From Carcharhinus longimanus (taxonomy: Eukaryota), in contig JASCQW010000139.1 of assembly GCA_030264375.1 (NCBI GenBank), positions 28,598,692 through 28,662,691 on the forward strand: DNA of 64,000 nt, written 5' to 3'. Position 1 is the first letter of the stretch; each line of letters opens with the position of its first letter. Position numbers and translations under genes: made by a program. Of this stretch, positions 1 to 12,240 are shown piece after piece. Below the pieces are notes generated by a model. It searched no databases. It was not told the origin of the DNA and saw only the letters and a list, made by a program, of their open reading frames with translations.

Positions 1-906
1 AAATGAATATTTTAGGATTAGTTCATGAATAATGCCAATAGTGGTTTTCTGGCCACATGATTCAGAACAATGCACTGAGTCATACTGCAAAGTTCCAAGT
101 TCGTTTATGCACATTTAAAAATAAACATTTTTTCACATTGCGCTATAATACAAGCACAATTGCTTTGTAAGCTTAATTTGCGTCAGTTTTGTTTCAGTTC
201 ATGAATTCTTATAGGCTGCTTAACTGAGTTCTCAGTACTTTGAGTAATGCAATCTCCATGATTTCTCCCGTGTAATTTTTTTTCAGTCCACGTAGCTTTC
301 ACATTTGATGTATTCCTTTCTGCAGACCACGCTATACATTGGTGTGGATGTTCCATAAAAGTTCCTTGTAAAACGGATGATACATTCCATACAATTGCCC
401 TTGTAATGGTTTGTTCTTTAAAGCTTTCTCATGTAATGTAATGCTACACTGTGATTGCCACAAGCCAACACTGTACTTCAGACATCTGAGGTCACTGATG
501 TGGAAAAGTCAAAAGAGACTTAAAAGTGCCTCTGCGAAAATGCCGGAAGGATCTGAGAGTGTTTAAGAGCACTTTCATGAACTCAAGACATAAATGGATC
601 TTTAATCTCTGCATCTACAAACTGAATGAGCAATAAAACTCAGTCTGAACTAAGCACGCTACATCACTCAGATCAATATGACCTTTGTAGAAAAGAGGCC
701 TATTTCTAAATATATTTTATGTCAGTCATAGCAGATATAGATAGCCTTGAAAACACGTAGGATAAAACTCTCATTTTCTATTCTCTATTTTCATATTTCT
801 TAAACAATGATAATAATAACCAGATTTGATCTGTAAAACTACTGTCGGTAAATTCCACCTTTGTCTTTGCGACTAAAGATATCACCATAGGGCCACGCAC
901 ACTTAC

Positions 907-1136
907 CTTCTGCTGATACTCTGGGTTGAATGTTCGCTTTGTGCGCAGGAAACAGGAGCCAGGACTGTTTCCGGGGTCTTGAGGCCATTCCAGGAGGATG
1001 GAAAAATGCTCGTTAGGATTTTGACTGGGGCACGGCTCCCTTAATTGGCAGATTCCTTGTCCAGTTAAGAGTGGCTGGCCAGCTCTCAAAGCTAGAGGGC
1101 CAATCGGAGGCCTTCCAACTTCAGAAGCGCTCTGGC
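907..1136 (-). CDS. Candidate spliced exon of an unidentified host gene (230 nt)
   Basis: Minus strand has acceptor tcctctcatttacttacactttacaccAG and perfect donor AAG|GTAAGT, in non-repetitive, GC-richer sequence. One frame is fully open (GQSASEVGRPPIG...FLRTKRTFNPEYQQK). Alternatively an ATG in good Kozak context (ggaATGG, 988-986) gives MASRPRKQSWLLFPAHKANIQPRVSAE ending in phase 1. Protein not recognised. Confidence 0.45.
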
Positions 1137-1773
1137 CTGGTGTAAAGTGTAAGTAAATGAGAGGATACTTCAATGTGAATGTGCCCTCTCCTCAACTTAC
1201 AAAAACAGGAAAAGCAACCATGCTGCTATTGTGAGGTTAAGGGGCAGGGGGGAGTATTTCTGGTCGCAAATACTGCTAAAGGATGGCCTTTGGCTGCACC
1301 CATGGACTGGCAGAGAGGCAGGGTCTGTGGACCTGCCTGGATTGTTGGCACCCCAGCACTTGACCTGCCCCCAACCCCATCTTATTGGGAAGCCTGTGGT
1401 CAACTGAAAAATCCCAGACAGCATCCTTTACTTACAGTTAAAAAGGCTGTCAATGAGCTCAATCAGCTACCCACTGGGCCCCACTGGAAATGAGCATTGC
1501 AGCTGGTGCGGGTAATTTCAGAACTTACCCGCCCTCACTCCCAACTGAGTCCAGAAACCTGGCCTTCTGTCTATATTGGGTCAGAACAATGCTATGTTAT
1601 TGGCTCACATTATTCCAAATCCCATCATGATCCACTGCTTGTGACCGTAAAAAGACTTTTATGGTGACAGTTGGAGGAGAAATAATGTAACAATTTCATT
1701 GCAAATTCTTGTTCTACCTACTTTCCACAGCAGACAGGAACAGAGTAATTTTAACACAACATATCTAGTACAT

Positions 1774-1890
1774 TGTAACAATTTTAATCAGGCAATTGAG
1801 GTTGGCCTGCTTGAATATGAGCTCCCCGATTAAGAGCCAAATTGATGGTTCTGTACTGAAACAGGAGTGTCAGTTCCTCTGGCACTCCGG
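1774..1890 (+). mobile_element. Partial solo-LTR-like element (family shared with 33087-33316 and 58424-58659)
   Basis: Starts TGTAA; aligns by eye (tttaatcaggc..ttgaggttgg..tatgagctc..ggagtgtcagttcctctggcac) with the two other copies. Confidence 0.6.
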
Positions 1891-2374
1891 ATGGTGACTG
1901 CCTTCCAAGAGCACTCTTGTATACACATCCAGGAAAGGTTTAAGTTGAACATCAATCTCACACTTGTCTGATCATCTTCTTCATTGAAATCAATGCAGTG
2001 TAAAATCGGGGTCATGGTAAACTGGACCTCTGACTCGAATACAAACCTGCTCCCTTCCATTGAGCACTTTAGGCTAAAATTAATTTCCAAGCAGCTTTGG
2101 AGCCCACACTGTTCTTGTTCTTGTATATATATGTTTTATTTATATAAACTATACATCAGCATTCAAAAATTAATCATTACAGTCTTGCATGAAAAGTGGT
2201 GCCTGTAGGTGTCTTATTAATCTTGTAGGTCATTTCTGACCAGTGGAATTGCTGTAATATTAAAAATAAATTAGCATCACAGTTCGTCCATAGAAAGGAT
2301 TGAGTACTCAGATAACTGAGCTCCAATTTAAGAGCTTCTGGAGAATTTTAACTTTTTGACCAGTCGGGAGTGGG

Positions 2375-2453
2375 GTTGCCTCGTAACGTGTGGGATGCCT
2401 CCAAGTGCATGCGTGATGTCACTGACGGATTCACCATCCGTTACCATGGATGC
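2375..2453. promoter_or_regulatory. Promoter-like motif cluster: two RFX X-box-like sites, CRE-like sites, MYB site, NRF1-like site
   Basis: GTTGCCTCGTAAC 2375-2387; TGCATGCG 2406-2413; TGATGTCA 2414-2421; TGACG 2423-2427; CCGTTA 2438-2443; GTTACCATGGATGC 2440-2453; locally CpG-rich. Confidence 0.4.
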
Positions 2454-2532
2454 AGGAAACCTGAAATAAAAATGGGAAAAGCTGGAAATACTCGGCAGAT
2501 CTGGCAGCGTATGTGAATAGAGAACCAAAGTT
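2448..2532 (-). mobile_element. Penelope-like terminal-repeat fragment (shark 'cagatgctgccagacctgctgag...atttcagatttccagcatc' family)
   Basis: Reverse complement matches the copies at 16452-16530, 25015-25130, 27555-27715, 41100-41195 and 44860-44980. Confidence 0.6.
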
Positions 2533-3060
2533 TCTGGGAGAAATCTTACAGCTGTTCACACTGATAGGATTTTCTGGTCCCACTGCAGTGAATGAAGATT
2601 TGGCTGGGCACCAAATTCTCTGCCCTGACTGCAGCAGCAGGGGGTGGGAGGAGCATGAATGGCTGGTAATATTGCATCCAACATGTCCAACCCATATGGC
2701 TCTTCTTCAGAGCAACACCCAGACACCCGCCTGATTGACAGATTTGGCTTTCTTTGGGAAGGAAAATAGGCCACAGGACCAGGTAGGTGCTGGAGTGCCT
2801 TCAATCCGAGGAGGAAAGTGGAGGAGCCAATCTTTGAGGGTGGGGTGGGGGGAATGGGAGGAGTTAGTGTGTTCAGAGGTCTGAGGAGATGAACTGGAGG
2901 CACCAGCTCGCGGCTTCAGGGTGAGGGCCAGTTAGGTGGGGAGACCAGAGGTGTCTGAGGATTGGAATGTTTGTAAAATCATGATGGATGAGGAAGTAAG
3001 CATGGTCAATCCAGCAGACAAACAGAAAGACATTTACCTCAACAGTCTTCATCTCTCTGT

Positions 3061-3365
3061 AGAATCATAGAATCATACAGTGCAAAGGGTGGCCAATCAG
3101 CCTATCAAGTCTGCACTGACCACAGTCCCAGCCAGGCCCTGTCCCTGTAACCCAGGCTAGTCCCCTGACACTCAGGGGCAATTTAACATGGCCAACCCAC
3201 ACATCTTTGGACTGTGGGAGGAAATCAGAGCACCTGGAGGGAACCCATGCAGACACGGGGAGAATGTGCAAACTCCACACAACCAGTGACCCGAGCCAGG
3301 AATCGAACACAGGTCGCTGGTGCTGTGAGGCAGCGGTGCTAACCATTGTGCCACCATGCTGCCCC
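3061..3365 (-). mobile_element. HE1 (V-SINE), HER1/CR1-type tail
   Basis: tRNA-like head ggcagcatggtggcacaatggttagcac, V-core gtggagtttgcacattctccccgtgtctgc, tail gcactgtatgattctatgattct. Confidence 0.9.
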
Positions 3366-4125
3366 TGTAGCTGCTAACTTTCCTGAGACTTGGGAAACCT
3401 GTCCATCTTGAATTATGGAACCTCATTACAATAATTAAATTGCCAGCCCATTTTCAGGGAGTGGATTGGCTACCACCCTGTCTCTATTAAAATCAGAAGT
3501 TGGCAACTCAGGGTTAGAATTCCAAATTTGATCACTTTAATTTCTTACCAAACCCAGCCAACATTTTGGGATTAAAATTCTCTTCTTTCAGTACAAAGCA
3601 AACAACATATTACGTGCTGGAGCTAGACATTTCAGTAATTAATTAGCCTATGATCTCCAGTTATTACCTTGGCGTTTCAGTATGTGATATGTTATCCAGT
3701 AGCTCAGATTCCTTTTAAAGTCACATTTCTAGAGCTCATCAGTGTTAACCGGGAAGAATTCATTAGTGTTGCGAATGTAACATTTGTTACAAATAGCATT
3801 GTATCTCAAACATGCACAAGGTCAAGTATAACACGGATCACTGACAATGCTGACAACACATTTCAACCCTTATCTCAGAGTGGGCTCATGTTTCCATACT
3901 GCCATAATATTTACATCCTCAGCACATTTAGTCACAGGTCCTTAGGCCAGGCGAGGTTTAGCAAGCTAAGAAATTACTGTTGAATTTTGTCATCAGACTG
4001 TGCTGCCAATTTACTGAAACTGCCAGGGCTCCATTTTGTTGAATGCAGGAAATTATATTTGGCGGATCTAACAGCACAAAGAGGTGGTGGAAAATATACC
4101 AATGATGCATTAAGTAGCCAATTAT

Positions 4126-4478
4126 GGGGAAGTGATAGCCTAGTGGTATTATCGCTAAGCTATTAATCCAGCAACTCAGCTAATGTTCTGGGGACTCGAG
4201 TTTGAATCCTACCATGACAGATGGTGGAAAAAAAATTATCTAGAATTAAGAATCTACTGATGACCATGAAATCTTTGCCGATTGTCAGAAAAACCCATCT
4301 GGTTCACTAATGTCCTTTAGTGAAGGAAATCTGCCGTCCTTAGCTGGTCTGGCCTCCATGTGACTCCAGAGCCACAGCAACGTGGTTGACTCTCAGTTCC
4401 CCGAAGGCAACTAGGGATGGGTGATAAATGCTGGCCCAGCCAGCAACGCACCATGTCCCTCAAATGAATTAAAAAAAA
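4126..4478 (+). mobile_element. tRNA-derived SINE with CR1-clade LINE tail (ggcaactagggatggg..ataaatgctggc)
   Basis: A/B-box-like head, core gaaaaacccatctggttcactaatgtcctttag, A-rich end; homologous to 21608-21955 and 25805-26152. Confidence 0.85.
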
Positions 4479-4599
4479 TCTCTGCATACATAGGTTGGGA
4501 AAGTCTCCACATGTTGTCCGCTAATAAAATTCACTTAATAGCTGCAGAGAAAAGGTGCCTCTTTATCTCCCCGTATTGAAGCTGAACTCCAAATTCTAC

Positions 4600-4725
4600 T
4601 TAGCGACTGCCACTTTCCCTTTTATTCCAACAGTGATTACACTTCAGGAGTACTTAATTGGCCATGAAGCTCTTTGGGAAGTCCCGAGGATGTGAAAGAC
4701 ATTAAATAAAGTAAGCTATTCTTTC
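4600..4725 (+). mobile_element. DeuSINE/SacSINE1-like 3' fragment
   Basis: caacagtgattacacttcaggagtacttaattggccatgaagctctttgggaagtcccgagg..gtgaaagac tail. Confidence 0.6.
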
Positions 4726-5559
4726 GTATTCTTAACCTTCTTGGATATAAACTGAGCCTATTATCTACCCACTGAATTAATGGCAAAAAGGTTTTTAGAA
4801 AAGAAATATATATGTATATATATATTATAGCTATAACAATCAGATTAACCCAATTCCAAAGCTACAACCACCATTCTGACAAATTGGGATAAAATCCAAA
4901 GATCTGGATAATAAGCACAGGCTTTGGCATCAGATTTAGTAACAACGTACCTGATTATACATATGGGGAAGTGGGGAAGGGTTGGCTTGACAGGAAGCGA
5001 CCACAGGAACTGTTGTGCTACTGAAACGTGAGAAGCCAGATTTTAGATTCAAAACAACATGAAGAGCCTCCGCTGTGACCTCGTAACAGCTTTACTCAGG
5101 CAATACCTTCATCAATTTTCCATTAGCAGTATTATCAGTAATAGAATATTCTATTAGTAGCACTTTGAGAAGTAGGATAATTTATTTTTGCTATTTTTGT
5201 TGTACAGACTTATTCCTATCCTGTTACTATTTTTAAGTGATTATATGGACTGACATTTATATTTAGTAACGAAAATGTAAAGAAAACCTCCTTTTAAATG
5301 TCGCACCACCAGCAAAAATTCACAAATGATTGTGTGGTCTGCAATTTTATATTTATTGCTCTGTACAACCTTTTGCCCCAGCAATTGGCCCTTCCTCCTC
5401 CTGATTATGTCATAAAGTGTCCTAGCCACATGTGCAGATCAGATCCAGATTTGGGTTAATCTCATATGAATGGGTTTTTTTGCATTTGTTCCACTTATAA
5501 ATGTTTTGTGGGTTTGTACTGTCAGTAGAAATGATGAAATGAGTACATTTTTGTTTGTT

Positions 5560-5825
5560 TATTTATTTATTAGTCACAGGTAGGCTTACACTAACAATGC
5601 AATGAAATTACTGTGAAAATCCCGCACTTGCTACACTGTTCGGATACACTGAGGGAGAATTTAGCATGGCTGAGGCATCTAATCAGCATGCCTTTCAGAC
5701 TGTGGGAGGAAACCCACACCAGCGCAAGGAGAACACGCAGACGCCACACAGGTAGTGACCAAAGACAGAAATTGAACCCGGATCCCTGGTGCTGTGAGGC
5801 AGTAGTGCTGACCACTGTGCCGCAC
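5560..5825 (-). mobile_element. HE1-like V-SINE, alternative tail (cacagtaacttcattgcagtg type)
   Basis: HE1 head and core; tail gggattttcacagtaatttcattgc..gtaagcctac..ctaataaataaa. Confidence 0.85.
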
Positions 5826-6936
5826 TAAGTTGCTCATTCTCAAAATTCTTTAGAATGCCAGAGCCCATGAATGCATTGTTTAGCTTCTGCTAAAAGTATG
5901 CAGCATTCGTGCCGAATGCTGACTTCTTGTTGTGACCACCTTGTGAAATGAGATAGCCTTGAGATAAAGAAATGGGACAATCAGCTCAGTTACATCTCAC
6001 CCATGCAGCAACATTACCCTTAGCCAAAGTAAGGAATATTTTAGACAGGATCTAAAGAGACCTTATTGTTGGAGTTTGGTAGCTTTTAACATCGACAATC
6101 AGCATAACGTCATCGGCATCCACCGCTGTTAAAGGTAGGCACTTGCCAATCTGCAATAACTCTCACAACATTGGCAAGCGAGGAATTCAACATTGTCACT
6201 GCAAATCAGGAAGATGTCTTTCTTCACATAAACCACTATGCGAATCCCAGAAGCTGTGTGACTGCTGCAACTTGTACAGAACATAATGGATTAGAGACAA
6301 ATTCCACATCTCGGTGTCAGCCTGAGAATGTAGGTCAAGGAGACATCCAGTCATGATTTATTCAGTATCCTTGTTAGCAACTGCAATGACATAAACAGTG
6401 AGAAAACTAGAAACTTCCAGCCAGTCTAACAAGGTGGTGCCGGCTGTATTACATTAAAACTCGTGTTCAATCAGATGTTTCGAATATGACTGGCAAGCTG
6501 GAAGTTAGTTATGAACACAAATCATACTCTGGGCAGCCTTATTGCTCCTGACTTGACAGAGCACCATCGTGAAATCGGAACAGATAATTTACCTGTAGGA
6601 GTTACCAACTGCTCACAGCATGCGATAATTGTAAACGATTTTCAACCCAACATAAATACCCATTAAATAAAATAATATTATGCAAATGCTGCCACTTTAT
6701 TAATTTTCTGTCAATCAATGAAAATAATGGCACAATGCCTCTCAGTGCAATGTGCCTACAACAGGTTGGAGCTGCTCAGCTAATAAGTAAACAGTAGAAC
6801 CATAATACTTTGTGCTGTACTGATACTGATTTTGTTTCATACTGTGTCTCTGCATGAACGTCCATTTATGTTCTGAGGACACAGGAAATGTATTTTCCTT
6901 GTACTGAAAACTGCTTTTGAATAATAAGTTGTAAGC

Positions 6937-7238
6937 TTTTTTATTAGTGTCACAAGTAGGCTTACATTAACACTACAATGAACTTACTGTGAAAATTCCC
7001 AAGTCACCACACTCCGGCGCCCGTTGAGGTTACACTGAGGAAGAATTAAGCACGGCCAATGCACCCAACCAGCACGTCTTTCAGACTGAAAGAGGAAACT
7101 GGGGCACCTGGAGGAAACCCATGCAGACACAGAAAGAACATGCAAACACCGCACAGACAGTGACCCAAGCCAGGAATTGAACCCAATTCTCTGGCGATGT
7201 GAGACAGCAGTGCTAACCGTTGTGCCACAGTACCACCC
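6937..7238 (-). mobile_element. HE1-like V-SINE, alternative tail
   Basis: Full head/core plus ggcgccggagtgtggtgact..ttttcacagtaagttcattgtagtgttaatgtaagcctacttgtgacactaataaa. Confidence 0.9.
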
Positions 7239-10079
7239 AGCTTTACTCATGACAGTGCAGGCAACTCAAATGTCATCACTTCCAAATATCTTGTAAGCTG
7301 TAGAATCATATGGACAATGTTATGCCAATGTTATTGACAACTGAGTTCAGTTATCTCATCCACATCAGCACAGGAATCTTGTATTTGAACTCTAGGTAAA
7401 AGTGACATTTTTGATGAGTCCCCATCCAAGAAAAGTGGCCAAGTCAGGGTTACAACAGCAAGTCAATAACTTGGCTGAAGAAAGAAGGTAAACAACCACA
7501 TCTTGGTCATTGTAAGCCCACTCAGGGGCCCAGGCCTGTAATCTTAAGATTTAAGAGGCAGTTTTCTTTTAAGTAAATGTTTGAAGCATCCAACTGCACA
7601 GAAGGGCAGCATTATAATGTCTTCTAGAGGAGCGCAGGCATTGATCTCTGCATCTCCAACAGACTTGATTTATATCTCAGCCGCATAGCTGCATTCCCTA
7701 TTAATGCAAGCACCCACTGCTGGTAGAATCATTAAGGGGCTTCCATCTGATGCCTGTAATTTCTTCAGGGAGAGAGACAGAGGATCCCTGACAGCTTTGA
7801 TCCTAGCACTAGTGCCAGGTTAACAGCCACATGGGTTCCTAGAGTCCCTGCCTTTGGTATGGGTTTTAAATCATGTCCCTTTCTCTTCCTACTGGAAACA
7901 TTAGCAAGTCAGCAATGGCACTGTGGACTGGGTATCTTCCAGCCAGTTGTGTCAAGCCCTCTTTACAGATACTAAGATCCCAGCAAATGTAGGCGCTAAG
8001 TTTGAGAAAGATAGAGCGGGTGCATTACAAATCAGATATGGAAAGAAGCAAGGTAGACATTATTGTGTATTGGAAAATTGATCTAAGAAGCACAGAGTTA
8101 AAAATAATGGAGCTTTATTTACAGGGCGGTGATCACTATGTGGCTACTTCTTCACTTTGGTAGTTTTCCGTGCCAGCGACGTGCGACGCCACCTCCAGTG
8201 AATAAATAAACATATTAATACACAATGCTAAGTGCAGCTACCAAGAATCAATATTAATACAAGACAGACATGACAAGAAAGGATGCAGAAAGTGTGGAAT
8301 GGTTATGGTGATGGTTATGTATACCATGATGCAACACTGACTGATTGGCAGTCATGTGCTTGAGACTAAGAGAAGACGGAATAGTCTGTACAAGAGCGAG
8401 ATGTACTTACTTAAGAGTTTAGAATGTTGAATAGTGTAAATAAAGGAGTTTTTGAACAAACTTACTGGAGTTAGACCAAAGTCAATGGTACAAAACTTTT
8501 CCAATCCAGACCACAAGTTACCCAAAGAGAGATCCTAAATGGCAACCAAACTACAAACCAAAAAATCTGGCCAACATATATGGACAAGGAATAGGCATGC
8601 TGTGGGGTTTCCGTCAAACAGGGGAGGTCACGAACAGAAAACATTTGCCCATCTTCAGTTTCCAATGTTGAAAAAACGACTAGCGGAGAATTTGCTGTTG
8701 TGCTTCAATGACATCATTACAATCATCTCTGAAAGATGTACTCAAATGTTTTTGGGTATTTCCAACTTTTTTGGGGGGGGGGGGGAGAATATATATCTGC
8801 GTAAACCAATTATTTATTAGTGTTGGGTTTGTATTTCTAAATTTCTCCCTCCACACCCCCCAACCTAGCCTACACTCTCATGTGATGTGGAGGAGGCTAG
8901 AGGGAGATTGACTTGCCTGAAACCCATACGCATCCAATAAACAACTGGTGAGGGTGTACAAAGTATGCATGACGGACTGATTGAGTAGTCCATGTTTTTA
9001 ACAGTAGTCAGCTAGGCTTATGGTTCGGAATAAGTTTACCTCAACTGTGACCTGTGCTCAGAACTCTTTGATCGTGCATGGGAATGTTTTCCAGCCAGTT
9101 GAAGGGAACAGACTATCTATTCTCTCTTAGGCACAGTAATTGAGGCATCGCTGAATTTTGAGGATATCCTGCATCCAAACTGTGACATCTCTTCAGCAAA
9201 TACTTCTAAGTTAGAAATGAGATATATGTAAAATTTCCTCACTGGGATACTATTGATAAATATGCATAATTTTTGCTCCGCAGTTTTGTCCTTGCAAACC
9301 CAGTTCCTCTTTGATCCTCAGAAGTCTTCAGTTTAAATGGCCTTTAATATGCCGAATGCTGGTCGACTTTTAAATATGGCACCAGCTCCAGCACTCATGC
9401 CAGCTGATGCATGGCACTCCTGCCTCCAGCACATGATTGGTTGGCATACCCACATCACTGCTGCTAATTGCCCACCTGATATGTGATCTTGTTTGGTAGG
9501 CAGATGGAAGCTGACACGACATTGCCTCCACACTCCTGATCCAACATCATGAGCTGCGACACTATAACCAAATTCAGCAGGCAGCTGTGAAGCCTGTAGC
9601 TCCAGCAGTTAAGATGGGTTGGAAAGCTGTTGGTTGGCAAAAGGTCCACTAGAGTTGAAGTCACAAATCTGCAAAGAGGTTTGTATGTTAGAATGAGTTT
9701 GCTAAGCTAAAATCTCAAAGGACATCATGAGTCAAGAGACCAGGTTCATGGAACCAAGAAGAAAAGACTCCAAAAGTCCTGAGGTCTTTGGGAAAGGCAA
9801 ACAAATACACATAGAGCTCATGTATCATGCCACACTTTGAATAAATGTTAACTTTCTTTTATTGTCCAATAAATCTTTGCAGTTTGCTTCTAAATTAGTG
9901 ATTGCGTTTTTGTCAATATGGTTATTGGCAAAGCTTTCTTCCTCTGGTGCTTAGTATGGAGTTCAAATCCTTACATTATGATGATCAGCACTGTCTCTTC
10001 CATGGTGGGTTAAAACAAACATATGTGCTTATCCTCTTCCAGTTCACTGCTGTTGCCTATCAGTTTGGAGACCAGGACC

Positions 10080-11100
10080 AAATGAGATGCATCCGAGAAT
10101 ACTGAGAGAAGTAAGGGAGAAAATTGCGGAAACACTGGTCATAGCCCTCCAATCCTCCTTCGATACCAGGCTGGCGTCGGAGGACTTGAGAATCACAAAG
10201 ATCACACCCATGTTTGAACAGCTGTTTAAAGATAAACTTAGCAACAACAAACAAGTGATATTAACCACATTGGGAGAATGTATATAAATGAGAGTCTAGG
10301 ACAAAAATTAGCTGTCACTTTGACACAGGTATGGTCTAATTAAGAAAAGCCAGCACAAATTTCTTGAGGACAAATTGTGTTTAACTAAGTTGATTGAGTT
10401 TTTGATAAGGTAACGTTAAGATAAGGTAAGGTAAGGTTAATGAGGTGTGCATGGACTTCCAAAATTTGATCAAGTACCACATAACAGGCTTGCCAGCTAT
10501 GTTGAAGTTCTTGGAATGAAAGGAACAGTGGTAGTTTAGTTATGAAGTTGGCTGAGTGACAGATAGCAGTAGAGGATGACTGTTTCTCAGAATTGAGGAA
10601 GGTATAGGTTACCCTAGAACTGGAGCCACTTTGCTTATATTGACATATATCAATCACCTAGATTTGGGTGCACAAGGCACATTTTCAAAATTTGCAGGTG
10701 ACATGAAACTTGGAAGTATGTTGAGTTGTGACAAGGTTAATGATAGTCTTCAAGAGAATCTAGACAGGGCATGTTGAATAGGCTGATGAAATTGAAGTGG
10801 AGATGCCGGTGTTGGATTGGGGTAAACACAGTAAGAAGTTGGCATCTTGTCTGTTTCCTTTCATCTTTGTGGAAACTTGATGTCTGTGTCAATATGCGCG
10901 ACTGATGAAATTGAATGCAGAGAAATGTGAAGTGACACATATTGGTAGGAAGAATGAAGGGACACAGCATACAATAAAAGGTGTAATTTTAATGGGGATG
11001 CAGTAACAGTGGGAGTAGTAGGTGCACATATCATTCAAGGAGGCAGGGAAGGTTGAGCAAGCACTTAGCAAGGCATACAGGATTCTGGCCATTAGTAGTA
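10080..11100 (+). mobile_element. Decayed CR1 (HER1-type) LINE ORF2/RT fragment
   Basis: MHPRILREVREKIAETL, SQHKFL..KLCLT..FFDKVT and FSKFAGDMKLG motifs with frameshifts and stops. Confidence 0.85.
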
Positions 11101-11954
11101 AAGGCTCATGGCACAGTTGGATGGATGTGACATATGAAGATTAATTCATTCACCTTGACTACTCATGACAGATCTTTAAACCCCTTCCTGCACCATATTC
11201 ATGTTCATTGAACATCGCATTGACTCTTGCCTGGGTAATTGGGGATCGTCTAGTCCCTGCAGACTTTTCACTTCTTCCACTAAAGCCTCCAGCACAACGT
11301 CTGAAATACTTGTCTAGACACTCTCGCATTTTCAGCTCTCGCGTTTTCAGATGCCTCCTGCCAGTTCCTATGGTTCCAAAGCACCTTTCCTTTAAGAGAT
11401 GCCGGCTGCCTTAGCACTAGCCACTAGTGTTATCAAAGCTCCCTGCTGATTCCTGCAACCTACCATGGTCTCTGCTCCTGTTTTTTTTTTAGCTTTAGCC
11501 AATTTCTTTCCCAGCAAATTAATAATCAATGACAGTAATTACAGGCTTAATTATCCTTCCTCAGAAAGAACAGTCATTCTGCTACATTAAGCTTCTAAAG
11601 TGAACTGAAACGTGGTTTTGTTGAAGTCGTCTCTGTGTAGCAATGTCATTTTAGTCAACACTTCTCAACAATCGATATTTCCTAAAAATCATAAAATGCT
11701 TACATGATTGTATCAATAAAAATGAATCTATCTTGTAAGTCACAGCAGTTTCACAAATTATATCTGACAGATCTATGACTAAGCTGTTTTCTGGCAAAGG
11801 GAGGCATCAGAATGATTTCAGATGTTGCTCTCAGCAGACAGGCTTAAGTGAAATTTTGACCTTCAAGGACTGGGGGACAGTTAGGAGGTAAAAAGGTAAA
11901 GGTTCTTAAACTCAATCATCACCTGCCTTCAACCTGCCCAATTTTGCTTCTGCA

Positions 11955-12240
11955 GTGTATCACTGCTGCTTCACAGCGCCAGGGACCCGGGTTTGATTCT
12001 CGGCTTGGGTCATTGCCTGTGTGGAGTTTGCACATTCTTTCCGCGTCTGTGTGTGTTTCATCCGATGCTCCAGTGTCTTCCCACATTATGGAAGACATGC
12101 TAGTTAGGTGCATTGACCCAAACAAGTGCCGAACTGTGGCGACTAGGAGAATTTCACTGTAACTTCATTGCAATACATAAGTTTTGCAATACATATGCAT
12201 TATAAGTCATAAGCTTTACTTATGACTTATAAATAAACTT
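11955..12240 (+). mobile_element. HE1-like V-SINE, alternative tail with rearranged end
   Basis: Head/core recognisable; tail gtggcgactaggagaatttcactgtaacttcattgc followed by local duplication and hairpin. Confidence 0.85.

Noticed and set aside
327-410. Plus-strand acceptor followed by TTLYIGVDVP, reminiscent of an SLC4 N-terminal exon
   Set aside because: That frame stops immediately (TAA) and no other SLC4 exon is seen.
4951-5020. 70-nt minus-strand AG..GT-bounded segment
   Set aside because: Its open frames are not phase-compatible with the 907-1136 exon and the peptides are unrecognised; it could only be UTR, which cannot be supported.
8186-8200. CTCF-like core (AGGTGGCG on the minus strand)
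   Set aside because: Only a partial match to the consensus; not distinguishable from chance.
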